Positions 22,155 to 31,589 of a stretch of 64,000 bases of DNA are shown here, in pieces (the first letter of the stretch is position 1; the number at the start of each line of letters is the position of its first letter). The stretch spans positions 512,001 through 576,000 of the forward strand of contig CAWFQB010000004.1 in NCBI GenBank assembly GCA_963817895.1, in the 5' to 3' direction. The DNA comes from an uncultured Chthonomonadaceae bacterium (GTDB lineage Bacteria; Armatimonadota; Chthonomonadetes; Chthonomonadales; Chthonomonadaceae). The position numbers and the translations under genes were made by a program. The notes beneath the pieces are model-generated. The model did not search any database and was not told the DNA's origin. It saw only the letters and a program-made list of their open reading frames with translations.

Positions 22155-22714
22155 ATCGCGTCTCCTGGGGTAGAACACTGCGCCTGCCACTCATGGTCAA
22201 GAATTGCATACAGAAGACCGTCCCACCACCTGCCCTTAAAAAACTCTTTCTCTCGAAAATACCCTTCGCGCTGCATCCCAATCTTTTCCAGAACGCGCGC
22301 GGAGACGACATTCTCCGCTACGCAGCCCGCCCATATGCGATGTAGATTGTGTTCTTCAAAGCCCACGCGCAGCATTTCGCGGGCCGCTTCAGTGGCATAG
22401 CCACGTCCCCAATATCGGCTGTCGAGTTCGTAGCCAATATTGCCTTCACGTAAAGAAATATCATTGACGCGCAGACCACAATTGCCAATCAGCTTTCCGC
22501 TTGTTGGAAGGATAATGGCGAGTTGAAATTTCGCGCGCGGCTGTTCATGTTGCTGAGACACAAACCTGCCGACGAACTCACGCGCTTCCGTTTCGGTAGG
22601 TTGTTCCCAGGCGTGATAGCGTGTGTAAAGGGGATCAGACTGGTACGCCTGAACGGCTTTCCAATCCTCTGCCACAAACTCGCGCAACAGCAGTCGGGAG
22701 GTTGTCAATTGCAT
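22151..22714 (-). CDS. RimJ/RimL-type GNAT acetyltransferase
   Basis: LTTSRLLLR, IGYEL...WGRGYATEA, NVVSARVLEKIGM. Confidence 0.9.
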   Translation of the reverse strand: MQLTTSRLLLREFVAEDWKAVQAYQSDPLYTRYHAWEQPTETEAREFVGRFVSQQHEQPRAKFQLAIILPTSGKLIGNCGLRVNDISLREGNIGYELDSRYWGRGYATEAAREMLRVGFEEHNLHRIWAGCVAENVVSARVLEKIGMQREGYFREKEFFKGRWWDGLLYAILDHEWQAQCSTPGDAI

Positions 22715-22906
22715 GGCTTACCGCTCTCCTTCCAATTCTCCAACAACTCCTCTGGATTTAAGGGTTTCTTTTTTGTCGCGCGCTTGTGGATAGATGCTAA
22801 AGGGATATACAATCAGAGGTGACTATCGAGATGCAGGCACAGGCGATAAGATTCTCGCCTGTGACTGCGAACAAAATGAGAAGCGGGCCTTGTGGAAGCC
22901 TTGCTG

Positions 22907-23905
22907 TCAGGGCCGTTTGGGAACAAGGCTGTCAATGCGCTTGAGTTCTTCCTCTGTGAAAGTAATGTTGCTCAGGGCAGCGACGTTTTCCTCGATCTGC
23001 TGCACACTGGATGCGCCGATCAGCGCGCTGGTGATACTCGGCAGGCGCAAAATCCAGGCCAGCGCCATCTGCGCCAGGGTTTGGCCGCGCTCTTTCGCAA
23101 GGCCGTTCAAACCGTTGAGCGCGGTTTTCTTTTCCGCGTTGAGGTTCTTCTCCACCCACTCCGCGCCCCATTTCTGCGCCGCGCGGCTTTCGGCAGGGAT
23201 GTCGCCGCCCAGATACTTATCCGTGAGCAGACCCGATGCGAGAGGACAAAAGGGAATGACACCCGTTCCCGCCCGCTGTGTCTGCGGCAGCAAATCCCAC
23301 TCGATCCCGCGTCCGAGCATGTTGTAGTAGGGCTGATGAATGGTGATAGGCGCAAGGTTCATGCGTTCGCAAACACGAACGGCCTCCGCAAATTGCGTGC
23401 CGCTGTAGCTGCTGACGCCGATGTAGAGCGCTTTGCCCTGCTTCACCAGATGGTCGAGGGCTGCCATCGTCTCTTCGAGGGGCGTATCCGGGTCAGGACG
23501 ATGCGAGTAGAAAATGTCGAAATAGTCCACGCCCATGCGCTTGAGGGACTGGTCGCAACTGGCAATCAGGTACTTTCGGCTACCCCACTCTCCATAAGGG
23601 CCAGGCCACATGCGGTAGCCTGCCTTGCTGGAGAGAATGAGTTCGTCGCGGGGCATCTCCTGGATGATCCTGCCGCAGACGATTTCTGCGTTTCCAGGTG
23701 GAGTGCCGTAGTTATTCGCCAGGTCAAAATGCGTAATGCCCAGGTCGAAAGCGCGATACAGGCACTCTTTCGCCACCTCCGCGTCCCGGTACCCGCCGAA
23801 CGTTTCCCAGGCTCCGAGGGAAATGGCGGGCAGCAACAAGCCGCTCCTGCCGCACCGCCGATACTGCATCGTGTCGTACCGATCCGCCGCCCATTGCTCT
23901 GTCAT
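22907..23905 (-). CDS. Aldo/keto reductase (YghZ/Gpr-like)
   Basis: GITHFDLANNYG, SKAGY, DIFYSHRPD, IHQPYY, LAQMALAW, LIGASS. Confidence 0.92.
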   Translation of the reverse strand: MTEQWAADRYDTMQYRRCGRSGLLLPAISLGAWETFGGYRDAEVAKECLYRAFDLGITHFDLANNYGTPPGNAEIVCGRIIQEMPRDELILSSKAGYRMWPGPYGEWGSRKYLIASCDQSLKRMGVDYFDIFYSHRPDPDTPLEETMAALDHLVKQGKALYIGVSSYSGTQFAEAVRVCERMNLAPITIHQPYYNMLGRGIEWDLLPQTQRAGTGVIPFCPLASGLLTDKYLGGDIPAESRAAQKWGAEWVEKNLNAEKKTALNGLNGLAKERGQTLAQMALAWILRLPSITSALIGASSVQQIEENVAALSNITFTEEELKRIDSLVPKRP

Positions 23906-24216
23906 AATCTCACTTCCTTTGCGCGCTTGCCGATTCGTCCCCTGCCTGTATTGCTCGAAGGGATCACCAGCCTATTTTGCGCTCGATTTTTATTTTCCTT
24001 CTGTCTGTTAGAGATGGGGATGCAAAAGTCCTCCACTTTCAGACCTCTATCTTAACAGCCTGGTTCTCTTTGTGCCGGGCAGTGACGCCATTAAAATTAA
24101 GATGCGGGGACTGTGGCCTGCAGGCGACATGGGGAAGCGTTCAATTGGCCCAAGGTTCCATCTGGCGGCACTCGCTGACAGAGGGGGACAAGCCGTTCGC
24201 CTTTAGGCGACGGTAG

Positions 24217-24456
24217 TTGACTCTTTTGTTACTGTTCTTTATCCTGTTCTACCGGTTTATGCCAGCGCAGGCGCAGGAAGCGCCTGTTTATACAGAGCCA
24301 TTGGGTATCGCGCTGGAATCCTATCCCTATCCATACTCTGTCCACTCCCTACTCTTGACGATTGAGGGGCAATCTGTCCGCATGGCCTACATGGATGTCG
24401 CCGCCACAGGAGCGGGCAATGGACAGGCTGTTTGGGCAACTATCCGCTTATCATAG
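24217..24456 (+). pseudogene. N-terminal remnant of a secreted alpha/beta hydrolase
   Basis: Signal peptide plus YPYPYSV...GQSVRMAYMDVAATGAGNGQAV, ending just before the expected catalytic-domain start. Confidence 0.6.
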
Positions 24457-24466
24457 AAGGAGAAAT

Positions 24467-24501
24467 ACAACGCGCCGGAGAAATGTTCTCCGGCGCGTTG
24501 T
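24467..24501. terminator. 16-bp perfect GC-rich hairpin
   Basis: acaacgcgccggagaa-atg-ttctccggcgcgttgt; no clear U-tract. Confidence 0.5.
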
Positions 24502-24562
24502 GCTATGCGGCGAGTTGATGAACACAGGACGAGGAGGGGCGAGAGCGACTCCATAATTGAAT

Positions 24563-24662
24563 CAGCAGATCGAAGAAAACGTCGCTGCCTTGAGCAATCT
24601 TGCCTTCACAGCAGAACTCAAACGCATTGACAGCCTTGTTCCAAAACGGCCCTGACAGCAAG
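24563..24662 (+). repeat. Inverted, diverged copy of the 3' end of the aldo/keto reductase gene
   Basis: Encodes QQIEENVAALSNLAFTAELKRIDSLVPKRP* versus QQIEENVAALSNITFTEEELKRIDSLVPKRP* at 22907-23002 (-). Confidence 0.92.
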
Positions 24663-24689
24663 CCGTCGCGCTGAAAGTTTATAGAGGAA

Positions 24690-26465
24690 GTGCCTGTGAG
24701 CGATGAACGATTCCGCCTTTTATTTGAGAACAGCCTGGATGCGATGGTGCTTGCCGACGATCACGGCAGGTATCTGGATGTGAATCAGGCCGCCTGTGAC
24801 CTGTTTGGATACTCGCGGAAGCAGATGCTTGCTATGAGCGTTGGCGACTTGATGACCCTGCAATCCCCCGAAGCCGCAGAGCGCTATCAGGCGTATCTCC
24901 AGTCCGGCCGCGAAGTCGGAGAGTTCCCCTTCAGGCGAGCGGGCGGCGAAGCGCGTATCGCCTCCTATTCTGCCTGCCGCCTCGATCAAGGCCAACACCT
25001 CAGTATGCTGCGCGACATTACACAGGCCAGGCGCGCCGAACAGAGACTCAGGGACACGGAGCAGGAACGCGCGCATGTGCTTTCCAGCGCGCGTTGTCAG
25101 TTGTGGTATGCCGACATCACAGACAGCGACCATCCCGATCAACTTTTTTGGGACGCCCACTTTGTGGATGTGGAGGCCGCGCAGCGCTTCTTACCCCTGA
25201 ATATGCAGCCAGGCGAGTCGTACCAGGATGCTCGCCGCCGCGCAAGGCTGCCGGAAGATCGGGAAACGAGCGACCGCGCGGGAACCGCCTCCATTCGCGC
25301 CGGACGCAGTTACGAACAGGAGTTCCGTTGCTATGCGGCGGATGGAACCATTCACTGGCTGCACGAAGACATTCGCGTGGAAACGGTCGTGGAGGGCAGA
25401 CAGTGGACAGCCGTAGGCGTCTGCACCGACATCACGGCGCGTAAGCAGGCGGAACAAGCCTTACAGCAAAGCGAAGCGCGATTCCGCTCCTTAATCGAGA
25501 ACGCGCTGGACATTATTAGCATCATGGATGCCGAGGGGATCATCCGCTATCAGAGTCCGGCTCTGGAACAGGTACTGGGTTACACTCCCGATGAGTTGAC
25601 CGGCAAGTCTGCTTTTGGTTTCGTTCATCCTGACGATCTGCCCACGCTGGTAGCCGCCTTTTTACGCATCCTTTCCAATCCCGGCGTCACCGTTGCGACA
25701 GAGTACCGTTTCCGCCACACAGACGGCTCATGGAGGTTGCTGGAATCACGGGGCAGAAATGCCTTTGACAATCCTGCCGTATCCGGCGTGATTATCAATT
25801 CCCGCGACATCACCGAACGAGCGCAGTACCTTCAAGAGATCGAGAGCCTGAATTCCCGCTTGCGGCGCTCCATTCAAGAAACGCACCATCGGGTCAAGAA
25901 CAACCTGCAAATCATCTCCGCGCTGGCAGAATTGCAAACCGAAGAGGGCGAGGATACCGTTCCCGCAACAGCGATGAAGCGTATCGGGCAGCATACCCGT
26001 TCGCTGGCGGCGATTCACGATCTGCTCACCCATGAAACCAAAACCGACGCGCACGCCGACAGCATTTCCATCAAAGCGGCTCTGGATAAACTTATGCCTC
26101 TGCTGCAAGTCACCACCGGCGGGCGGCGCATCCAGCGCGTGGTTGAGGATTTCCGCCTGCCCGTGCGGGAAGGAGCCTCGCTTGCTCTGTTGGTATCGGA
26201 ACTTGTCAGCAATGCCGTCAAGCACGGGCATAACGAAATCGAAGTGTCGCTGACGGTAAAGAGAGACAGCGCCTGCCTGCAAGTAAGTGATGATGGGCCG
26301 GGATTTCCCCCGAACTTCGATTGGCGTAAGGCCGCGAATACCGGACTTGGATTGATTGACAGCACAGGTCGGCACGACCTTCGCGGCAGTATCTCATATC
26401 AGAATCGCCCGGAAGGCGGCGCGCGCGTCGTTGTAAATTTCCCCATCCCTCAACAGGCAGGCTGA
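24690..26465 (+). CDS. Cytoplasmic multi-PAS sensor histidine kinase (HisKA_2 type)
   Basis: Three PAS/PAC domains; ETHHRVKNNLQII; ELVSNAVKHG, VSDDGPGF, TGLGLI. Confidence 0.92.
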   Translation: MPVSDERFRLLFENSLDAMVLADDHGRYLDVNQAACDLFGYSRKQMLAMSVGDLMTLQSPEAAERYQAYLQSGREVGEFPFRRAGGEARIASYSACRLDQGQHLSMLRDITQARRAEQRLRDTEQERAHVLSSARCQLWYADITDSDHPDQLFWDAHFVDVEAAQRFLPLNMQPGESYQDARRRARLPEDRETSDRAGTASIRAGRSYEQEFRCYAADGTIHWLHEDIRVETVVEGRQWTAVGVCTDITARKQAEQALQQSEARFRSLIENALDIISIMDAEGIIRYQSPALEQVLGYTPDELTGKSAFGFVHPDDLPTLVAAFLRILSNPGVTVATEYRFRHTDGSWRLLESRGRNAFDNPAVSGVIINSRDITERAQYLQEIESLNSRLRRSIQETHHRVKNNLQIISALAELQTEEGEDTVPATAMKRIGQHTRSLAAIHDLLTHETKTDAHADSISIKAALDKLMPLLQVTTGGRRIQRVVEDFRLPVREGASLALLVSELVSNAVKHGHNEIEVSLTVKRDSACLQVSDDGPGFPPNFDWRKAANTGLGLIDSTGRHDLRGSISYQNRPEGGARVVVNFPIPQQAG

Positions 26466-26473
26466 TCTCTAAC

Positions 26474-26503
26474 GTGGCAGGCAGGGAACTCCCTGCCTGC
26501 CAC
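26474..26503. terminator. Hairpin between convergent genes
   Basis: gtggcaggcaggga-ac-tccctgcctgccac. Confidence 0.65.
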
Positions 26504-26525
26504 ACATGAATCGCGGCCAGATTTT

Positions 26526-27886
26526 CTATTCGGCAGCCGCCAGCGATCCCATGGGATGCCAGGGCGGAAGGCCAATCGGTTCCGTGTCCAGCAGGGCCAG
26601 CAGTTCAGGCGCGACGTACTGCTTTTCCACCACAACCTCATAGTTGAACTGATCGAACCAGGCGTCGGTCATCAGCATAAAGCCCTTGTCGCCGTTCTTG
26701 TCGCCCCAACTGTTTTCCACGCGCCATTTGCGGGGCTGTTCGCTGTCATCCAAATCTACGCCCGTGAACACCATCGCGTGGGTCATCAGGCTTGCGCCGT
26801 AATCCAGCCGCTCGGCTTTGGTCATGTGGAAGGGAACGCCGTACACGCCCTCGAAATCGTACAACTCCGTATCCATCAGGCCCAGGTCGCGGTCGAACAT
26901 CTTGCCCACATCGCAGCCGAACCAGACAGGCTTGCCGTCCTTAATCATGGCGACACTGGCCTTTTTCAGCACGTCCATCTCGACATTCAGATAACGAACC
27001 CCATGCCCGCCGACCACATTGCCCAGATAGTTGACCGTGTACATGGTGTTGTAAGGGGTTTCCTGCGTGGGGCAGTGGATCAGGCAGACCATCGAATCGA
27101 GGTCAATCGGCACGTATTTTTCGCGGAACTGCTGCGGCGTCAGGGTTCCGTCGCGATGGAACTCTTTGTCCTTGTCGCGCCACTGCCACTGGAAGTCGGT
27201 CGGCGGCTCGCCTAGATGGATGCACAGCATGCGGTACACTTCCGAAAGCATCTGCGTTTTCTGCGCGCGCAGTTCGTCCAGATCCAGCCCCTCCCGATGC
27301 GCCCCCGCAGCCGCGCCGCGTATTCGCGCAGTTTGTTGGTGATGCGGTCGTTCATGATATGGCTGGCGCTGCTGCTTTCGGTTTCCGGCATGGCCTCTTT
27401 GGGAACTACGCCGTACTTCTTCACCAGATTGACGAACATATCCCACTGCCCGCCGTCCTGTATGGGCGACTGCATCAGCCACGCGATCAGGCGGCTGTCC
27501 GCGTCCTCATGCAGCGTACCCAGAATGCTTTCCAGAAAGAAATTGGATTTTTCCAGTTTATCCCACAGAAAAAGATAGTTCTGCGACAGCTCGAAGTCTT
27601 CCAGATTCATGATTTCCGCCGCTTTCATGCGGAACAGGTTCAGTCCGGCGAACATCCAGCAGCGCCCGCTTTTGTTCTGGCTCGTCGCCGCGCCCGCTTT
27701 GACCAGATGCGAATACGTGTGGTTGGCGCGAACCACAGCCTTCCGATTCATGGCAATCTGCTTCAGCGGGGTTTTCGTCACCGCGTTGAGCGCGGCCTGA
27801 TGCTGCGGCTCGGCGGCAAACGCCGCCTGAAACTGCGCCAGTTCTTCCGTTCCAATCCCATGCGTGGCTCTGACAAGAGTATCCAA
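26526..27886 (-). CDS. pepC: Aminopeptidase C / bleomycin hydrolase (C1B), frameshift near 27290
   Basis: QNKSGRCWMFA, DGGQWDM, THAMVFTG, WRVENSWG, C-terminal PMGSLA. Confidence 0.92.
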
Positions 27887-28142
27887 AACGTTCTCCTTTT
27901 TTGCGTGCAACGATGATTGTTGTAATTCGACGCGCAGGTACTGGATTCCTTACATTATGCGGTTCGCGCAAAGAATATACTGCCGAAGTTTGGAAAGTTC
28001 TCCCCTGTATCGCTGGAATCGCCGCAAAATTCCCCTGAGCAACCCTCTGCAAACTGCCACAATTACCGGTGTAGGCAGTCGCCGACTGTCCCACAGACGT
28101 ACACCCTGAACCCTCGTTATTTCCCGCTTCTGGAGATTTGCT

Positions 28143-31100
28143 ATGCGAAGTCCCTTCCCGCTGTCCGGCTGCGCCCTGTCGGTTGCCGTTCTTCTTACCG
28201 CGACCCCGGCGCAATCAAAGCGCGTATCGCCGTCCGCCCACATCGCGTCGCGCAATGCGTCCGTCAGCGCGGACGGACAAACGGACGCGCCGGACGATGA
28301 AACCCCCGAAGAGCGAACCGCCCGGTTAAAAAGAAGGGCTGCGCAAAATCAGAAACAACAGCCCGATAAAAAGACGCTGCCGGAACGCGACCCACTGCCC
28401 AACGAGCAGCCGGAAGATGTGCCGGAGGATACAACCGATTCTCCCGACGCGCCCAAATCCCACACTCGCCGCAATTCCGATGCTGATAAATCCGGCAAAA
28501 AGAAGAAGATGGATACGACTGTGGAAGCGAACGATGTGGACGAGGAAGACAACACGCCCCTGCGCAACGCTCCTGGCGCATTGCGCAAAAAAGCGCAGCC
28601 CCTTGAACTGTTCGGCTACTCCTACTTTACGCAGGCGCGGGAAACCATTCAAATACGCCGCAACACGCTGCGCCAGTACGCAGGGAATGGGCAGGCGGGC
28701 GTTGCCGGCATGAGTGGGAAACGCGACAGCGGCAAAGAAATTTCCACTTCAAACTCAAGGGGCGAGGAAGCCACTCAGAACCGCAATTCAGGCGAACGTA
28801 ACGGGCGCGAGTTGGGACAGGACAGAAGCGGTCAGGAAAAATCCGGGCGGGACGGAATTGGACAGGACAAAACCGGTCAGGAAACGGACGAGCAGGGCAA
28901 GGAAAACGCCTCCAATCGGAAACATTCCAATTCCATTGATGCCCGCCAGAGTATTCTTGGCCCGGACGATATGCAGGCATTGAATGTGTTCGCGCCTGCC
29001 CCCGAACGCTACCAATTGGGCGCGGGCGATACCGTCACCATACGCTACTGGAGCCGAACGCTGGAAGCGACCGAAGCAACCCTGACGGTAGACGCGGGCG
29101 GAACGCTGGCCCTGCCGAGCGGCGACCGCATTGTCGCGCGCGGCCAAACGGCGTCACAGGCGCAGGAGGCCATTCGCGCTCATCTTGCCCGCAAATTCCG
29201 CCAGATACAGGTGACGCTTGCCCTGAAGGAGCTGCGGACGATTACGGTTCTGGTGACGGGCGAGGCGTATGCCCCCGGTTCGTACCAGATGCCAGCAACG
29301 GTTACGCTGTTCAACATGCTGTACGCCTGTGGCGGCGCGAGCGAGCGGGGAACGTTGCGCAACATTCAGGTGCGCCGCACAGACGGAACCACGCGCCCCT
29401 TCGACTTTTACCATTTTCTGCTGCGCGGCGACAGCAGCCAGGACACGCCCCTGCAACCCGGCGATGTGATCTTTATTCCCCCCTCAGAAACCCGCGTTTC
29501 CGTGACGGGTGAAGTATTCCGTCCCGCCATTTTTGAACTGCTGAAAAATGAAAAATTGCGCGACGCGGTTGGCTTCGCGGGCGGCGTGAAACCGTCCGGT
29601 ATCGCGCAGCGCGTGTCCGTGCAATCGGTACAACCCGGCAGCGAGCATCGGCTGGTAGACGCCAACCTGAATTTGCAGGATGCCACCAACAACCCCACTC
29701 TCTATGATGGCGACATTGTGGAATTGCTGAGTATCCGCTCGCAAATCGCCAATCTGGTCAGCGTGGAGGGCGCGGTAGACCAGCCGAGCCGCTACGCCCT
29801 TGCGCCCAACATGACCGCCGCCGACCTGATAGACCGGGCGCGCGGCCTGCGCGATGATGTGTATATGCTTCGCGCCGACCTGTTTCGCGCCAATCCCGAC
29901 AACACGCAAAAACTGGTGTCGCTTGACCTGACCAAAGTTCAGAAACGCGAACCCGGCGCGAACCCTGTTTTGCAGCCCCGCGACCGGCTGGTTGTGTACA
30001 GCGCGAGTGACGTGCAGTTTATGGGCTTTCGCCGCGTGACCGTGAAGGGCGCGATCCGCAAACCGGGCGCGTACTACCGCGCCGACAACATGCGGGTTGG
30101 CGACCTGCTCTTGCAGGCGGGCGGGCCGCAGCCGGACGCTTCGCTCCGACAGGCGTTTTTGCAGCGGCGCAACGACGACGGCACGTATGGCCCCCTTGTC
30201 AAAGTGGATGTCGGCAAGGCGCTTGCGGGCGACGGCGCGGAAAACATCGAGGTGCAGGATAGGGATACGCTCACGCTCTTCACGCTCAAGGACGCGCAGT
30301 TCACGCCCGAATCCAGCGTGGAAATTTCCGGCCCGGTGCAGCGCGAAGGCAAGTACACGCTTGCCGCAGGCATGAAGTTGAGTGACCTGCTTCAATTATC
30401 GGGCGGCGCGTTGCCAAAAGCGGGGGAACGTATCGAAATCGCCCACGCCCACGCCGAGTCCGGTATGAAACCGCTTGTAGTTGCCTTAGATATGCGAACG
30501 AAGCAGTGCAGCGATGATCCGGTTTTACTGCCGGGCGACATCGTGATTTTGAAAGCGCGGGGCGAGTACGAGGACAAACCTCGCATCGTGCGGGTGTACG
30601 GCGCGGTGGATCGTCCCGGCCCTGTGATATTGCACACCCGCTCCATGCGCCTGAGCGATGTTATTAAGGAAGCGGGCGGCTTGACGACAGATGCGTACAT
30701 GCCGGGAAGCGAATTTACGCGCAATTCCGAAATGCTGGAAACGGGGACGCAGAAACAATACGCCCTGCTCATCAGCCATTTAATGGACGGCCAGAATCAA
30801 GCCGAGTACAAGCGAGAAATGGCAAAGGCGGATATGGAACGATTGAAATCCGTCAACAGCGCGTCCAAAAGCGACTTTCCCATCAGTATCCCCGGATTAA
30901 CCGGCGGCGCGGGAGACGGGGCCACAACCGCCGCCGCTAGTTCCAAAACGCTGGACAAACTGCTCAGTCAGGATTTGGTTTCCACGCCCCGCGTCCTATC
31001 CGCGCAGGATTTGGAGCCGAAGGGCAACGTGTTTGTCAACCTGACGGGCGCGATGCAGAAACCGGGCGGAAACGATGATCTGGTGATGATGGACGGCGAC

Positions 31101-31448
31101 GTGATTACCGTTCCCACCAAACCCTCGACCATTCAGGTTGTCGGCGGCGTCACCCAATCCCGCGCCGTTCCGTTCCAGCAGGGCGCGACTGCCGAGTATT
31201 ACGTCACTTCAGCGGGCGGTTTCGCCCCCGATGCCGCCAGAGACCACATCATCGTCATCCGGTTGGGCGGTGGCCTGATGCCGCTCAACAAAGTCCATGC
31301 CCTGCTGCCGGGTGACGTGATTATGGTTCCCACAAAGGTACAGGCCGAGCAGTTGAGCAAGCGTTCCAACGGCGTAGACAGCTTCTTCAAGTCGCTCACC
31401 TCCTCGTCGCTGTTGTTCTTCGGCGCGAAGAAATTGTTGGGGTTTTAG
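28143..31448 (+). CDS. Multi-SLBB polysaccharide export protein (KpsD/Wza-like) with long disordered N-terminus
   Basis: Signal peptide; LELFGYSYF, YQLGAGD Poly_export domain, repeated VxGxVxxPGxY SLBB units, LxPGD motifs. Confidence 0.9.
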   Translation: MRSPFPLSGCALSVAVLLTATPAQSKRVSPSAHIASRNASVSADGQTDAPDDETPEERTARLKRRAAQNQKQQPDKKTLPERDPLPNEQPEDVPEDTTDSPDAPKSHTRRNSDADKSGKKKKMDTTVEANDVDEEDNTPLRNAPGALRKKAQPLELFGYSYFTQARETIQIRRNTLRQYAGNGQAGVAGMSGKRDSGKEISTSNSRGEEATQNRNSGERNGRELGQDRSGQEKSGRDGIGQDKTGQETDEQGKENASNRKHSNSIDARQSILGPDDMQALNVFAPAPERYQLGAGDTVTIRYWSRTLEATEATLTVDAGGTLALPSGDRIVARGQTASQAQEAIRAHLARKFRQIQVTLALKELRTITVLVTGEAYAPGSYQMPATVTLFNMLYACGGASERGTLRNIQVRRTDGTTRPFDFYHFLLRGDSSQDTPLQPGDVIFIPPSETRVSVTGEVFRPAIFELLKNEKLRDAVGFAGGVKPSGIAQRVSVQSVQPGSEHRLVDANLNLQDATNNPTLYDGDIVELLSIRSQIANLVSVEGAVDQPSRYALAPNMTAADLIDRARGLRDDVYMLRADLFRANPDNTQKLVSLDLTKVQKREPGANPVLQPRDRLVVYSASDVQFMGFRRVTVKGAIRKPGAYYRADNMRVGDLLLQAGGPQPDASLRQAFLQRRNDDGTYGPLVKVDVGKALAGDGAENIEVQDRDTLTLFTLKDAQFTPESSVEISGPVQREGKYTLAAGMKLSDLLQLSGGALPKAGERIEIAHAHAESGMKPLVVALDMRTKQCSDDPVLLPGDIVILKARGEYEDKPRIVRVYGAVDRPGPVILHTRSMRLSDVIKEAGGLTTDAYMPGSEFTRNSEMLETGTQKQYALLISHLMDGQNQAEYKREMAKADMERLKSVNSASKSDFPISIPGLTGGAGDGATTAAASSKTLDKLLSQDLVSTPRVLSAQDLEPKGNVFVNLTGAMQKPGGNDDLVMMDGDVITVPTKPSTIQVVGGVTQSRAVPFQQGATAEYYVTSAGGFAPDAARDHIIVIRLGGGLMPLNKVHALLPGDVIMVPTKVQAEQLSKRSNGVDSFFKSLTSSSLLFFGAKKLLGF

Positions 31449-31459
31449 AACAATATCCG

Positions 31460-31577
31460 GCCCGTAGGGACACAACTTGTTGTGTCCGCATTGGCGGATT
31501 GTGTCCGCGTTGCTCTCTGCCGGAGGAGGACACAACCTCTGCCGGAGGAGGACACAACAAGTTGTGTCCCTACGGGC
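31460..31577. repeat. GTAG-family REP doublet with internal 22-bp tandem duplication
   Basis: gcccgtagggacacaacttgttgtgtcc ... ggacacaacaagttgtgtccctacgggc; ctctgccggaggaggacacaac x2. Confidence 0.88.
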
Positions 31578-31589
31578 GTGTTTTGAAGG

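Noticed and set aside
14544..27900. Prophage, integron or defined genomic island
   Set aside because: No integrase, phage genes, attC sites or tRNA-anchored direct repeats found; only an IS and gene remnants.
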